Assembly: GCA_040256005.1 (NCBI GenBank)
Contig: JBDZWC010000004.1
Location: 8,393-65,860, forward strand
Direction: 5' to 3'
Origin: Deinococcaceae bacterium
GTDB lineage: Bacteria > Deinococcota > Deinococci > Deinococcales > Trueperaceae
DNA: 57,468 nt
Within the stretch, counting starts at the first letter, position 1. Each line of letters starts with the position of its first letter. The notes under the pieces were generated by a model. It was given only the letters and a program-made list of their open reading frames with translations, was not told where the DNA came from and did no database searches. The position numbers and the translations under genes were made by a program. Shown piece by piece: positions 1 through 9,300 of this stretch.

Positions 1-67
1 CCACGGGTCGTGGACGGAGGTGAACTCCGATCCACGCCGAGGCCGAGGCCAGAGTAACCTTAGCGCC

Positions 68-811
68 ATGACGCAGCCCGCCCACCGCCCCAGGGTCCTC
101 CTGTCCACTTCGACCGTGCCGCGCACCACCTCGCTGAGGCGCGACGACGCCATGACGGGCAGGAACTACTCTCAAGCCGTCGCGTTGGCGGGGGGCCTGC
201 CGGTGATGGTCGCGAACCTCGAGCCGGGCCTGGCGGAGGCGTACGTCGCGGCCGCTGACGCCCTGCTCCTGACCGGCGGCGGCGACATGGACCCCGGCAT
301 CTTCGGGGAGGCGCCCGACCGTGACCTGGGCTCAGTGGACCCGGAGCGCGACGCCTTCGAGCTGGCCCTCTACGCCGCCTTCCGCGAGGCCGGTAAGCCC
401 GTGCTGGGCGTCTGCCGCGGCTGTCAGGTGATCAACGTGGCGCACGGGGGTGGGCTGCACCAGCACCTGCCCAGCGTGGAAGGCACGCATCAGCACGACC
501 AGCGCGACCTCCGCGGCTTCCCCTCCCACCCGGTCGAGCTGGTGGCCGGCAGCCGCCTGGCCGGCGCCTACGGGGCGACCCGCGTCACGACGAACAGCTA
601 CCACCACCAGGCGATCTCGACGGTGGGCGCGGGCCTGACCGCGGTCGCCCGCTCCGGTGACGGCATCGTGGAGGCCGTGGAGTCCACGACCGGACCGCTC
701 GTGGTCGGGGTCCAATGGCACCCAGAGATGATGTTCGCGGCGTACACGGAGCACCTCGCTCCGTTCAAGGTCCTGGTTGGGGCCGCGACCAAGGTGACAG
801 CCGGCGTCTGA
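68..811 (+). CDS. Peptidase C26 / gamma-glutamyl-gamma-aminobutyrate hydrolase family (class I glutamine amidotransferase)
   Basis: LLLTGGGD, GVCRGCQ nucleophile elbow, NSYHHQA and GVQWHPE motifs. ATG68 follows TAACCT by 7 nt. Confidence 0.9.
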   Translation: MTQPAHRPRVLLSTSTVPRTTSLRRDDAMTGRNYSQAVALAGGLPVMVANLEPGLAEAYVAAADALLLTGGGDMDPGIFGEAPDRDLGSVDPERDAFELALYAAFREAGKPVLGVCRGCQVINVAHGGGLHQHLPSVEGTHQHDQRDLRGFPSHPVELVAGSRLAGAYGATRVTTNSYHHQAISTVGAGLTAVARSGDGIVEAVESTTGPLVVGVQWHPEMMFAAYTEHLAPFKVLVGAATKVTAGV

Positions 812-885
812 TGAGCCCCGGGCTGGCGGCCCGTCACGCTCGCTCACGCGAACGCAGGACCTATCGACCTGTTACACTTCCGCGC

Positions 886-984
886 ATGTTCTCAGCGGTG
901 ACAGGAGGTGGTGCCGTGGAAGACGGCTATGGCTACCCCCGGTTAGCCCCCACCCCTGCGCGCTGGCACTCCCCTCTCAGGTAA
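886..984 (+). promoter_or_regulatory. Putative leader peptide ORF upstream of aroF-tyrA (MFSAVTGGGAVEDGYGYPRLAPTPARWHSPLR; alternative start GTG916)
   Basis: TACACT (873-878) 7 nt before ATG886. AGGAGG (903-908) 7 nt before in-frame GTG916. Contains Phe, Tyr-Gly-Tyr and Trp codons. Confidence 0.5.
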
Positions 985-1072
985 GCGGCGAGAGCACGAG
1001 CCAGCGCTGACCACCCAGGCGCCGCGGCAGCGCGACGTCGCCAGAGAACCCCAGAACACGAGAGAAGGTCCC

Positions 1073-2089
1073 ATGGTCATCGTCATGCGGAAGGACGCCG
1101 ATCAGGCGTCGGTCGACAGGGTCCTGTCCGAGGTCGAAAACCTAGGCTTCACCCCCCACGTGAGCGCGGGCGAGTCCCGTACCCTGATCGGCGCTATCGG
1201 CCCGGCGCCCACGGAGGAGCTCAGGGAGCACTTCGCGGGACTCGGCGGCGTCGAGACGGTCGTACGCATCACCAAGCCCTTCAAGCTGGCATCGCGAGAG
1301 TTCAAGCACGACGACTCGTTCGTGATGATCGGCGGCGTCAAGACCGGCAACGGACGCTTCGTGGTGGCGGCCGGGCCGTGTGGCGTCGAGAGCCGCGAGC
1401 AGACGCTGAGCGCCGCCGACATCGTCAAGAGCGGCGGCGGTCAGGTGTTGCGCGGCGGGGCGTACAAGCCGCGCACCAGCCCCTACGCCTTCCAGGGCCT
1501 GGGCGAGGAGGGCCTCGCGATCCTGGCCGAGGCCCGGGCGGCCACCGGCATGCCCATCGTCACCGAAGTCACGGCGCCAGAGCTGGTGGAGAAGGTCGCC
1601 GGCACCGCCGACATGCTGCAGGTGGGCGCTCGCAACACGCAGAACTTCGCCCTGCTGGCGGCCGTGGGACGTTCGGGCAAGCCGGTGCTGTTCAAGCGGG
1701 GCATGTCCACCTCCATCACCGAGTTCCTGCAGGCGGCCGAGTACATCCTTTCCCAAGGCAACCCGAACGTCGTCCTGTGCGAGCGCGGCATCCGCACCTT
1801 CGAGACGGCCACCCGCTTCACGCTGGACGTCGGCGCTGTGCCGGTGCTCAAGGAGCTCTCGCATCTGCCGGTGTGGGTCGATCCCAGCCACGCCGCGGGC
1901 AAGCGCTCCCTCGTCACCTCCTTGGCCTTGGCGGGAGCCGCCGCCGGCGCGGACGGCATCATCGTCGAGGTGCATCCCAAGCCGGAGGAGGCGAAGTCGG
2001 ACGCGGCACAGCAGCTCGACGCCGGCGAGTTCGGCGCGCTGATGTCACGGCTCGGCCCCGTGGTCGAGGCCCTAGGGAAGTCGCTCTGA
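1073..2089 (+). CDS. aroF: 3-deoxy-7-phosphoheptulonate (DAHP) synthase, type I-beta with N-terminal regulatory domain
   Basis: AGPC, GGAYKPRTSPYAFQG, QVGARN, KRG, CERGIR and DPSH motifs. Confidence 0.95.
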   Translation: MVIVMRKDADQASVDRVLSEVENLGFTPHVSAGESRTLIGAIGPAPTEELREHFAGLGGVETVVRITKPFKLASREFKHDDSFVMIGGVKTGNGRFVVAAGPCGVESREQTLSAADIVKSGGGQVLRGGAYKPRTSPYAFQGLGEEGLAILAEARAATGMPIVTEVTAPELVEKVAGTADMLQVGARNTQNFALLAAVGRSGKPVLFKRGMSTSITEFLQAAEYILSQGNPNVVLCERGIRTFETATRFTLDVGAVPVLKELSHLPVWVDPSHAAGKRSLVTSLALAGAAAGADGIIVEVHPKPEEAKSDAAQQLDAGEFGALMSRLGPVVEALGKSL

Positions 2090-2109
2090 GCGAACACGCA
2101 CCCGGCGGC

Positions 2110-3207
2110 ATGGGCACCATCGCCGTGGCCGGGGTGGGGCTCATCGGCGGTTCCGTCGCCATGGGCGCCAGGGAGCGTCGCGTCTGCGAGCGGGTGATCG
2201 GCTTCGACCACGACGCCGTCGCGCTCGACGCAGCCGTGGGTCTGGGGGCCATAGACGAGGCGCGGCTGGAGCCAGGCGAGTGGCTCTCGTCGGTAGACCT
2301 CTTGGTGCTGGCGGCGCCCACGAAGGCGCTCCCCCAGCTGGCGGCCTCCCTGCTGCCGCACCTGCGCGCCGACGCCGTCGTGACGGACGTCGGCAGCGTC
2401 AAGCGCTCGGTGACCGATGCCGTCGCGAGTGTCGACTGGCCCGGTGGCGCCGGCCGCTTCGTCGGCGGTCACCCGATGGCAGGCAGCGAACGGGCCGGCG
2501 TGCTCAACGCCGACCCTGGGCTCCTCGAGAACGCGATATGGGTGCTCACCCCGGGCCCCGACACCGCGGACGACGCGCTGGGAGCGGTGCGCTCGTTCGT
2601 GGAGACGCTCGGCGCCAGGCCGCTCGTCACATCGCCGGAGAAGCACGACGAGCTGGTAGCTGCCGTCAGTCATCTCCCTTACCTGGCTGCCGTGGCTCTC
2701 ACCACGCTCGTCGACAGAGGCGACGACAGAGGTCTGAAGGCGCTGCTCGCGGCTGGCGGCTTCAGAGACCTGACGAGGGTTGCCAGCGGCGACCCGCGGA
2801 TGAGCCGCGACATGATCGCCGACAACGCCGGCCCGGTCCGGGCCGCCCTGCGGGCCTTCAGGGCTGTGCTGGACGAGCTGGAGAGCGAGCTGGAAGACGC
2901 CGAGGCGCTGCTGGCGCGCGCCCAGGCCGCCAAGCGCGCGCGGGACGCGGTGCCCGTCGTGAAGCGCGGCCTGCTGGCCTCCCGGTGGGAACTGGTCGTG
3001 GCGGTGCTCGACCGGCCCGGTGAGTTCGCCCGGATCACGGCCGCGCTGGCGGAAGCGGGCGTGAACATCAAGGACCTCGAGGTGCTCAGCGTGCGCGAGT
3101 CCGGCGGCGCCGTGCGCCTGGCGTTCGAGGACGCAGGCGCGCTGGCGGCAGGAAGGGCCGCGCTGGAGGCCGCCGGCTACGCCGTACGCAGCCGCAACGG
3201 CGGGTAG
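2110..3207 (+). CDS. tyrA: Prephenate dehydrogenase with C-terminal ACT domain
   Basis: GVGLIGGS Rossmann motif, DVGSVK, GGHPMAGSE, SHLPY, GGFRDLTRVA and DRPGE (ACT). C-terminal part of ORF 1378..3207. Confidence 0.92.
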   Translation: MGTIAVAGVGLIGGSVAMGARERRVCERVIGFDHDAVALDAAVGLGAIDEARLEPGEWLSSVDLLVLAAPTKALPQLAASLLPHLRADAVVTDVGSVKRSVTDAVASVDWPGGAGRFVGGHPMAGSERAGVLNADPGLLENAIWVLTPGPDTADDALGAVRSFVETLGARPLVTSPEKHDELVAAVSHLPYLAAVALTTLVDRGDDRGLKALLAAGGFRDLTRVASGDPRMSRDMIADNAGPVRAALRAFRAVLDELESELEDAEALLARAQAAKRARDAVPVVKRGLLASRWELVVAVLDRPGEFARITAALAEAGVNIKDLEVLSVRESGGAVRLAFEDAGALAAGRAALEAAGYAVRSRNGG

Positions 3208-3278
3208 CGGGCAGCACTCGCAGCTGTCCGGTACCAGGTTTCGCACTCCGGGTACGGACGCCGCCTATCCTCGAACCC

Positions 3279-3548
3279 GTGGCCTCACCGCGTGACGACC
3301 TGTTCGACCTCGCCGTGAACTGGGCTGCCGACTACGCGGCGCGGCTCGGACTGGCCTCGGACGAACCGGATCGCGTGCGAACGGGGCTGGAAGTCTGGTA
3401 CCTCAAGACGCGCTTCGCGTACCGGGTCCCGCTCGACGAGGTGGCGGCCGCCGTGGCCGGACGCCCTCCGGGGCCCGGTTCGGTTTGGACGGGCGGGCGC
3501 AGCGGATCGTGGGCGCGGGCCAGCGGCCCTGAGCCGTCCGGGTCGTAA
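3279..3548 (+). CDS. Small hypothetical protein
   Basis: GC-typical codon use and protein-like sequence (WYLKTRFAYRVPL). TATCCT 7 nt before GTG. Confidence 0.7.
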   Translation: MASPRDDLFDLAVNWAADYAARLGLASDEPDRVRTGLEVWYLKTRFAYRVPLDEVAAAVAGRPPGPGSVWTGGRSGSWARASGPEPSGS

Positions 3549-3636
3549 CCTACTGAAGAGCGCGGCACGTGAGGTTCGCCCGGGTTCCGCACCATGCACG
3601 GCGGCCGGACCGCGCCTCACATGCGACCATGGCCTC

Positions 3637-3858
3637 GTGGGCAGGAAGGCCAGGCGCAGACCCGAACGCAAGCCATCGCCGGAGCGCATGCGCGAGCAGG
3701 AAGAGCGCGCCTGCAAGGCGAAGAAACGCTACCGCACGGCACAAGAGGCGCTGGCGGCGCAGGAGTACGTGCGACTCGCCTACGCCAACGAGAAGGGCGT
3801 CTACCAGTGCGAGTTCTGCGGCGGATGGCACCTGGGCGGGCGACCGCTCGAGCTGTGA
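3637..3858 (+). CDS. Small basic putative Zn-binding protein (C...YxCxxCxGWHL)
   Basis: CKAKKRY...VYQCEFCGGWHLG pattern. Confidence 0.7.
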   Translation: MGRKARRRPERKPSPERMREQEERACKAKKRYRTAQEALAAQEYVRLAYANEKGVYQCEFCGGWHLGGRPLEL

Positions 3859-3991
3859 GCGCTAGACGGTCCGCCTGAAGGATTTCGCCCTAGCTCACCG
3901 AACCAACGTGCCCAACCAACCCGATCTTCAGCGGCTCGACGACTTCTCGTACCTCCCGGCGCCGTCGGACCGAGCCCAACCTCAGCTGCCG

Positions 3992-4021
3992 TTGACACTT
4001 TGGTAAGTGGTGACTTACCAT
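3992..4021 (+). promoter_or_regulatory. Sigma70-type promoter with perfect inverted-repeat operator (TGGTAAGT-N4-ACTTACCA)
   Basis: TTGACA 3992-3997 and TACCAT 4016-4021. Palindrome arms at 4001-4008 and 4013-4020. Confidence 0.8.
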
Positions 4022-4027
4022 TCGCCC

Positions 4028-4792
4028 GTGATCGTCCACGACAAGCTCGCCGCCCTATCCGACCCCACGCGGCGGCAGGTCTTCGAGGCCGTCCTGCGCC
4101 GACCCAGCCCCGTGGGCCGGATCGCGGCTGGGCTCCCCGTCAGCCGACCCGCCGTCTCGCAGCACCTGCGGGTCCTGCTGGACGCCGGCCTCGTGACCGC
4201 CGAGCAGCACGGCACCAGCCGCGTCTACTCCGCCGATCGCGCGGGTCTGGTGGAGCTGAGGCGCTACCTCGAGGAGCTGTGGGACGACGCGCTGGACGCC
4301 TTCGAGGCGGCGGCGCGGAAGGAGTTCGCGATGGATCAGACGCAGACCAAGGTCGCACCCGTGACGAAACGGCGCACGGTCCCCTTACCGCTCGACCGGG
4401 CTTTCGACCTGTTCACGCGGCGCATGGGCGAGTGGTGGCCCATGGCCACTCACTCGGTAGCCGGGGACGTCAAGGAGCTTCGGTTCGAGGACCGCATCGG
4501 CGGTCGGCTGCTCGAGGTGGCCGAGGACGGCACCGAATGTAGCTGGGGCGAGCTCATGGCGTGGAACCCGCCGCACCGGTTCGTCGTGTCATGGCACCCG
4601 GCGCGAGAACCGATGGCGGCGTCGGTGCTCGAGGTGCGCTTCTCTCCCGCCGCAGGCGGCGGCACCGACGTCTACCTCGAGCACCGCGGCTGGGAAGAGT
4701 TCGGGGACGAGGCGCTGGACCTGCGTGGTCGCTACGACGTCGGCTGGGACAGCGTGCTGGGCCTGTACGTGACGGCGGCGGGAGGATTGTGA
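4028..4792 (+). CDS. ArsR/SmtB HTH fused to SRPBCC (AHSA1/START-like) domain
   Basis: ALSDPTRR...SRPAVSQHLRVL wHTH followed by the SRPBCC signature WNPPHRFVVSW...T.VYLEHRGWE...Y..GW. Confidence 0.88.
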   Translation: MIVHDKLAALSDPTRRQVFEAVLRRPSPVGRIAAGLPVSRPAVSQHLRVLLDAGLVTAEQHGTSRVYSADRAGLVELRRYLEELWDDALDAFEAAARKEFAMDQTQTKVAPVTKRRTVPLPLDRAFDLFTRRMGEWWPMATHSVAGDVKELRFEDRIGGRLLEVAEDGTECSWGELMAWNPPHRFVVSWHPAREPMAASVLEVRFSPAAGGGTDVYLEHRGWEEFGDEALDLRGRYDVGWDSVLGLYVTAAGGL

Positions 4793-4823
4793 AGCGCCAA
4801 GCACTTCGATTGGCGGAATCGAC

Positions 4824-5882
4824 CTAGTTTGGGGAGGCCCTAGTCTCGTCGTCAACGCTCACGGGATCGAGCGCCTTTAGCTGCAACCGCCGCTCACGAC
4901 CGCCGAGACCCAGTTCACGCTGCCCATAGACTCGTACCCTGGACCGGTCGCGAAAGTAGCCCACGACCTCATCAAATTGGTCGTCAGCAAACGTCACCTC
5001 GGCGGTCTTGGACCTGCCCCAATCGCCTTCGATAGCCGCGACGCCTCGCAGGTGAAACAGTCCGTCTGCCGTCACCTTGTCGATCATGCCCTCCACCACG
5101 ATCTCGTCATGCTCCTCGGACCCCGCCGCAAGTTCCCTCCGTCTCGATCGAATATCCGGAACCATGTCGGCCGTTAGTACCGAAGCTCGAACATTCGGGA
5201 AGACCGTCGGGGAAGGGATGATCTCCACTGACTGCCGCGGGTTCCTCGGGCTAGGAGCGAGCACCTCCAACGCTCTCAGGGCGGCGTGCGTGACAGTGGG
5301 ATCCGAACCGAGCAGCGAGTCGTCTCGCACCTGTCCTTCGATAATCACGGGCGCCTGCGCAAGAATCCTCAGGGCCTCGAAGCTCACCTCATCGGGTGTG
5401 CTGGTGTTCGAGAAGAGGGGCTCCGCCTGCCGGGACCGGAGTCCAATTCTCAAGCTTCCTGGCCCAACGAACGCCACATGAGGGTCTGACGGGGTTACTC
5501 CGCGGAGCCGGCCGACCGACCGAGATACAATTCCGAACGCAGAGTTGACTCGCGTGGTCATCTTCTCCCAGAAGCCGATACCCGCGGACCCGTATGTGGC
5601 TCCCGGGCCACGGAATCGGAGTTCGAGGTCGTAGGCCGGCAACGGCGCTCCGTCCTCCCAACTGACGAAGACCGGAGCTCCAGGGCGTTGCGACGCGGTC
5701 AGCGCATCCGATATGAGCTGTTCCAGACGTTCGGCGACGTCAAGGGAATACGAGACTTCGTCAGGGGTCTCGAGATGGGTGACGACGGTTGCCGGGACAC
5801 CTGTGACAACCACAACCGACCCATCTGACGTGGATTGCGTATGCGTGACAGGCTTCTTGAGCACACTCGGCTCGGCGATCAC
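4824..5882 (-). CDS. Hypothetical protein: N-terminal YgiT/MqsA-like domain lacking cysteines plus large unknown C-terminal domain
   Basis: GTG5882 overlaps the upstream TGA (GTGA) and has a GGAGGG RBS. N-terminal VVVTGVPA...YSLDVAERLEQLI. Atypical, A/T-richer codons. Confidence 0.75.
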   Translation of the reverse strand: MIAEPSVLKKPVTHTQSTSDGSVVVVTGVPATVVTHLETPDEVSYSLDVAERLEQLISDALTASQRPGAPVFVSWEDGAPLPAYDLELRFRGPGATYGSAGIGFWEKMTTRVNSAFGIVSRSVGRLRGVTPSDPHVAFVGPGSLRIGLRSRQAEPLFSNTSTPDEVSFEALRILAQAPVIIEGQVRDDSLLGSDPTVTHAALRALEVLAPSPRNPRQSVEIIPSPTVFPNVRASVLTADMVPDIRSRRRELAAGSEEHDEIVVEGMIDKVTADGLFHLRGVAAIEGDWGRSKTAEVTFADDQFDEVVGYFRDRSRVRVYGQRELGLGGRERRLQLKALDPVSVDDETRASPN

Positions 5883-6228
5883 GCTTGTCCCTCCACTTGG
5901 TGAATCGTAACGACCTCGTAGCCCAAGGGGACCCACAACGTCACCTTGACTTTGGCACGGATTCCATTTGGACCAGTTCCTACGAAGGATATCCCCGGCT
6001 TGCGGTCTGTCTGGTTCTTGGTAGATCCTTCTCTACTGGCTCGCCTCCAAGGATGATCGACCACATGTCAGCAGTGGTCAGGCCGCGCTTACTCGCTTGA
6101 TCGAAGGCGTGCCGAGACACCTCTATCCTACGCACCGTGACCGCCTCCCGGATTTGTTCGACCTCCCAGGCCTCAATTCGATGACTGCGGAGATTGAACG
6201 CCTCCTCCTGCTTCGTTGGCCATGCCAA
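5879..6228 (-). pseudogene. DUF4258-like (RelE/MqsR-type) toxin gene split by a 1-nt frameshift near 6016-6021
   Basis: Frame 1 gives IEVSRHAFDQASKRGLT.ADMW.IIL.GEPVEKDLP. Frame 2 continues NQTDRKPGISFVG...KVKV...YEVVTIH and stops overlapping the next gene's start. Confidence 0.65.
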
Positions 6229-6367
6229 AGTGAGCCCCCTGCGAACTCTAGCCGTGGTTTTGACCGGAAGGGCGCGGGTTGTTCACTTCAGGTGGACTGG
6301 TTACGCCTCCTGTAGGGACTATTTCCCGCGAATCGCCACGAAGGCCTCAGGTATCGTTGCTGCTGCC

Positions 6368-9300
6368 GTGAGAACGTCGGCGGCAAGCCATGTCGGTGAA
6401 ACTGAAGTCTGGCGGATCGGTGGCCTCGACGGCCTGGCCCCTGAACTGCTGGACGACTTCGCCGCACCCACCCTGCGCGAGGTGCTATGGCGGGTGGGAT
6501 ACCCGGACCAGCGCTGGCCGGCCTACCACCCCAGCGAGGCCGACCCGTTGGGCGGGTACCGCGAGCACCCGCGGCGCATCGCGTTCGACCTCGCGGCGGA
6601 ACCCGCCGGAACGTACGTGCTGGCGATCGACTACTTCACGATCTGCCCCCGGTTGCCGCATCTCGAGGTCCGCATCGCTGGGGAGAGCGGTCGGGCGCTG
6701 CTGAAGCCCGTGCCGTCACGCTCTGGGGAGGTCCTCGTCCATGCCGGGCTTCACTCGGCGATCTACTCCGAGGGCAGCGTCGAGGTCGCGATCCCGGCCA
6801 GGCTCCTGTGCCGCGGAGAGAACGTCGTCGAGCTCGTTTGCCGCGACGAGGCCGAGGTGCTGCGGGTAGAAGACCGCGCCGCGGTGGAGAGGCTCGATCG
6901 CATGGCGAACGGAGCCGGCATCTACTATCGCCGCCTGCGCCTCCTGAAGGGGACGAAGCCGGACCGTTCCGGCGCGACGCCGGGGTTTCCCCTGCGCCGC
7001 GTGACGCTCGAGCCCACCGTGCTGTACCGACGGGGCTCGGCCGGCGACCTGAGCTGCCGCTGCCTCGTGGACGTCGAGCTGCTGGACGGTTGCGAGGCGA
7101 CTCCTCTGCTGCTCCACCTGAAGGACGCGACGAGCGAGAGGACCGTCCCGCTCGAGCTGCCGGCGACGGACTTCGGCCACCGGCGCCTCGCGTTCGACCT
7201 CTGGGACGGCGAAGGAGAGGTGAGCTACGCGGTCCAGACGGAGGGCGTCGGCAAGCCGCCTCTCGCGAACGGCACCTTCAGGCGGCGACGCAAGTGGCGG
7301 GTGTACGTAGCGGCACACGCTCACACCGACATCGGCTACACGCACCGACAGTGGGAGGTGGCGGAGCGCAACGCCTGGAACGTGGACACCGCGCTCGCGC
7401 GCATCGGGGCGGCGCCCGATGAACCCTTCGCGTACCACTTCGACGCCTTCTGGGTGCTCACCGAGTACCTGCCCGGCCGAGACGCGGCGACGCGGGAGCG
7501 GCTCATGGCGGCCGTCGCGGCCGGGCGGATCGGCTTCGCCGCCACCTACGCCGACGTGCTGACGCACGCCGCGGCGCTCGAGGACCTCATCCGCAACCTC
7601 GAGCCCGCACACGACCTGCTGCGCCGCCATGGCCTGCGCGCGGAGCTGGCGGCGGCCGTCGACGTGGCTTCCCTGACGGGCGCGCTGCCGGACGTCCTGG
7701 CCGGGGCTGGCGTCCGCTACCTGGTGCACGCCAACAACCAGGACCGTGGGCCGCTGCGGCTGAACGGGGACCTGCACCTCCTCTCGCCGTTCCGGTGGCG
7801 CGGGGTGGCGGGGGGCGAGGTGCTCACTTGGCTGTCGCGGATGTACAGCGAGCTGCGCAAGGTCTGTGGGAGCCCGCCGACGCTCGGCTCGGCCGAACGC
7901 GGCCTGGCCCTGTGGCTCGACGAGTTCGAGCGCGACGATTACGCGCCGGACAGCGTTCTCCTCTACGGCCAGGAGGCCGACAACACCGACCTCGACCCGC
8001 AGCCCGAGGCGTTCGTACGAGCCTGGAACGAGGCCTACGCCTACCCCCGGTTCGTCGTGGCCGACCCGGCGGAGTTCTTCAGGGACGTCGAGACGAGGTA
8101 CGGGGACGAGCTACCGGAGGTGAGAGGCGACGGCGGCGCCTACTGGGAGGACGGGGTTGGGTCATCCTTCGAGGCCACGGCCCTGGCCAGGACAGCGCAA
8201 GCCACGCTGCCCGCCGCCGAGAGGCTCGAGGCGCTCGCTGTCCTCCACGGAGAGGGCCTCGCCTTCCCCCTTGACCGCTTCGACGCGGCGTGGCGGGAGC
8301 TGCTGCTCTTCGACGAGCACACGTGGGGCGCCTACTGCAGCGCCACGGACCCCGAGGCCCTGATCACTGGCGAGCAGTGGGACGTCAAGCGCGGCTTCGT
8401 GGGGGCGGCCGAGCGCTGGTCCCGTCGGCTCCTGCAGGCCGCGGCCGCCAAGCACGCGCTCAGCTGGGCAGCCGACGACCGCGAGGTGGCGGTGTTCAAC
8501 CCGAACTCGTGGGCGTTCGGTGGGCGGGTCGTCGTGGAGACAGCCGTGGGGGAACGGGTCGTCGACGAGACCGGTGCTGCCGTGCCCGCGCGAGTCCTGG
8601 ACCGCGGAGCCACCCAACAACGGCTTGAGCTGTGGATCGACGACGTGCCGGGCCTCGGTTACAGGCGGTTCAGGCTGGAGCGGGACGCCGGCCCACGCGA
8701 CGAGCCGGCGCGAGCGACCCGCGCGGCCCGAGACGACTCGAGCCATCGTGACGGCCTCCCACCCGAGGGCCAAGACGACGGGCTCGTGCAGCTCGAGAAC
8801 GACTGGTATCGGCTCACTATGCATGAGGCGACCGGCCGGGTCGTCAGCCTCTTCGACAAGGCGCTGGGCCGAGAGCTGCTCGAGGCGGGCGCGCCGTGGG
8901 CGCTGGGTCAATTGGTGCATGCGTCAGGCGGTGAGGGCACCCGTCTCGTGAGCAACCGCAGCACGCTGCCTCCCGGTGATCCGGAACTCGCAGGTGAGCT
9001 CACCGTGACGGGTCTAGACCGCACCAGCTCCGCCTTGGGCGAGCACCTGACCGTGATGGGCGAGTCGCCGGCGGGGCCGGTGAGGGTCGAGTGGACGCTG
9101 CCCGCCCGTGCGAAGCGTGTGGACGTGAGCTACACCCTGCGCAAGCCGGCGCAGGACGGCAAGGAAGCGCTCTACGTCGCTTTCCCGTTCGACCTGCCAG
9201 GCGCCCGGGTCCTGTCCGACGGGCACGTCGGCTGGACGGACTGGCGAGAGGACCTGCTGCCGGGCGGCTGCAGCGAGTGGCTGCCGGTTCAGAGCGCGAT

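Noticed and set aside
903..920. GGTGGTGCCGTGG resembles a T-box antiterminator
   Set aside because: UGGNACC is not matched (UGGUGCC), and there is no room for stem I after the inferred TSS at ~886.
1378..2109. Apparent 609-aa TyrA with long N-terminal extension
   Set aside because: The extension is an Arg/Gly-rich alternate frame of aroF; the real domain starts near 2110 (or CTG2086).
4793..6330. Possible IS or prophage boundaries around the lower-GC islet
   Set aside because: No transposase, integrase, terminal inverted repeats or target duplication recognised by eye.
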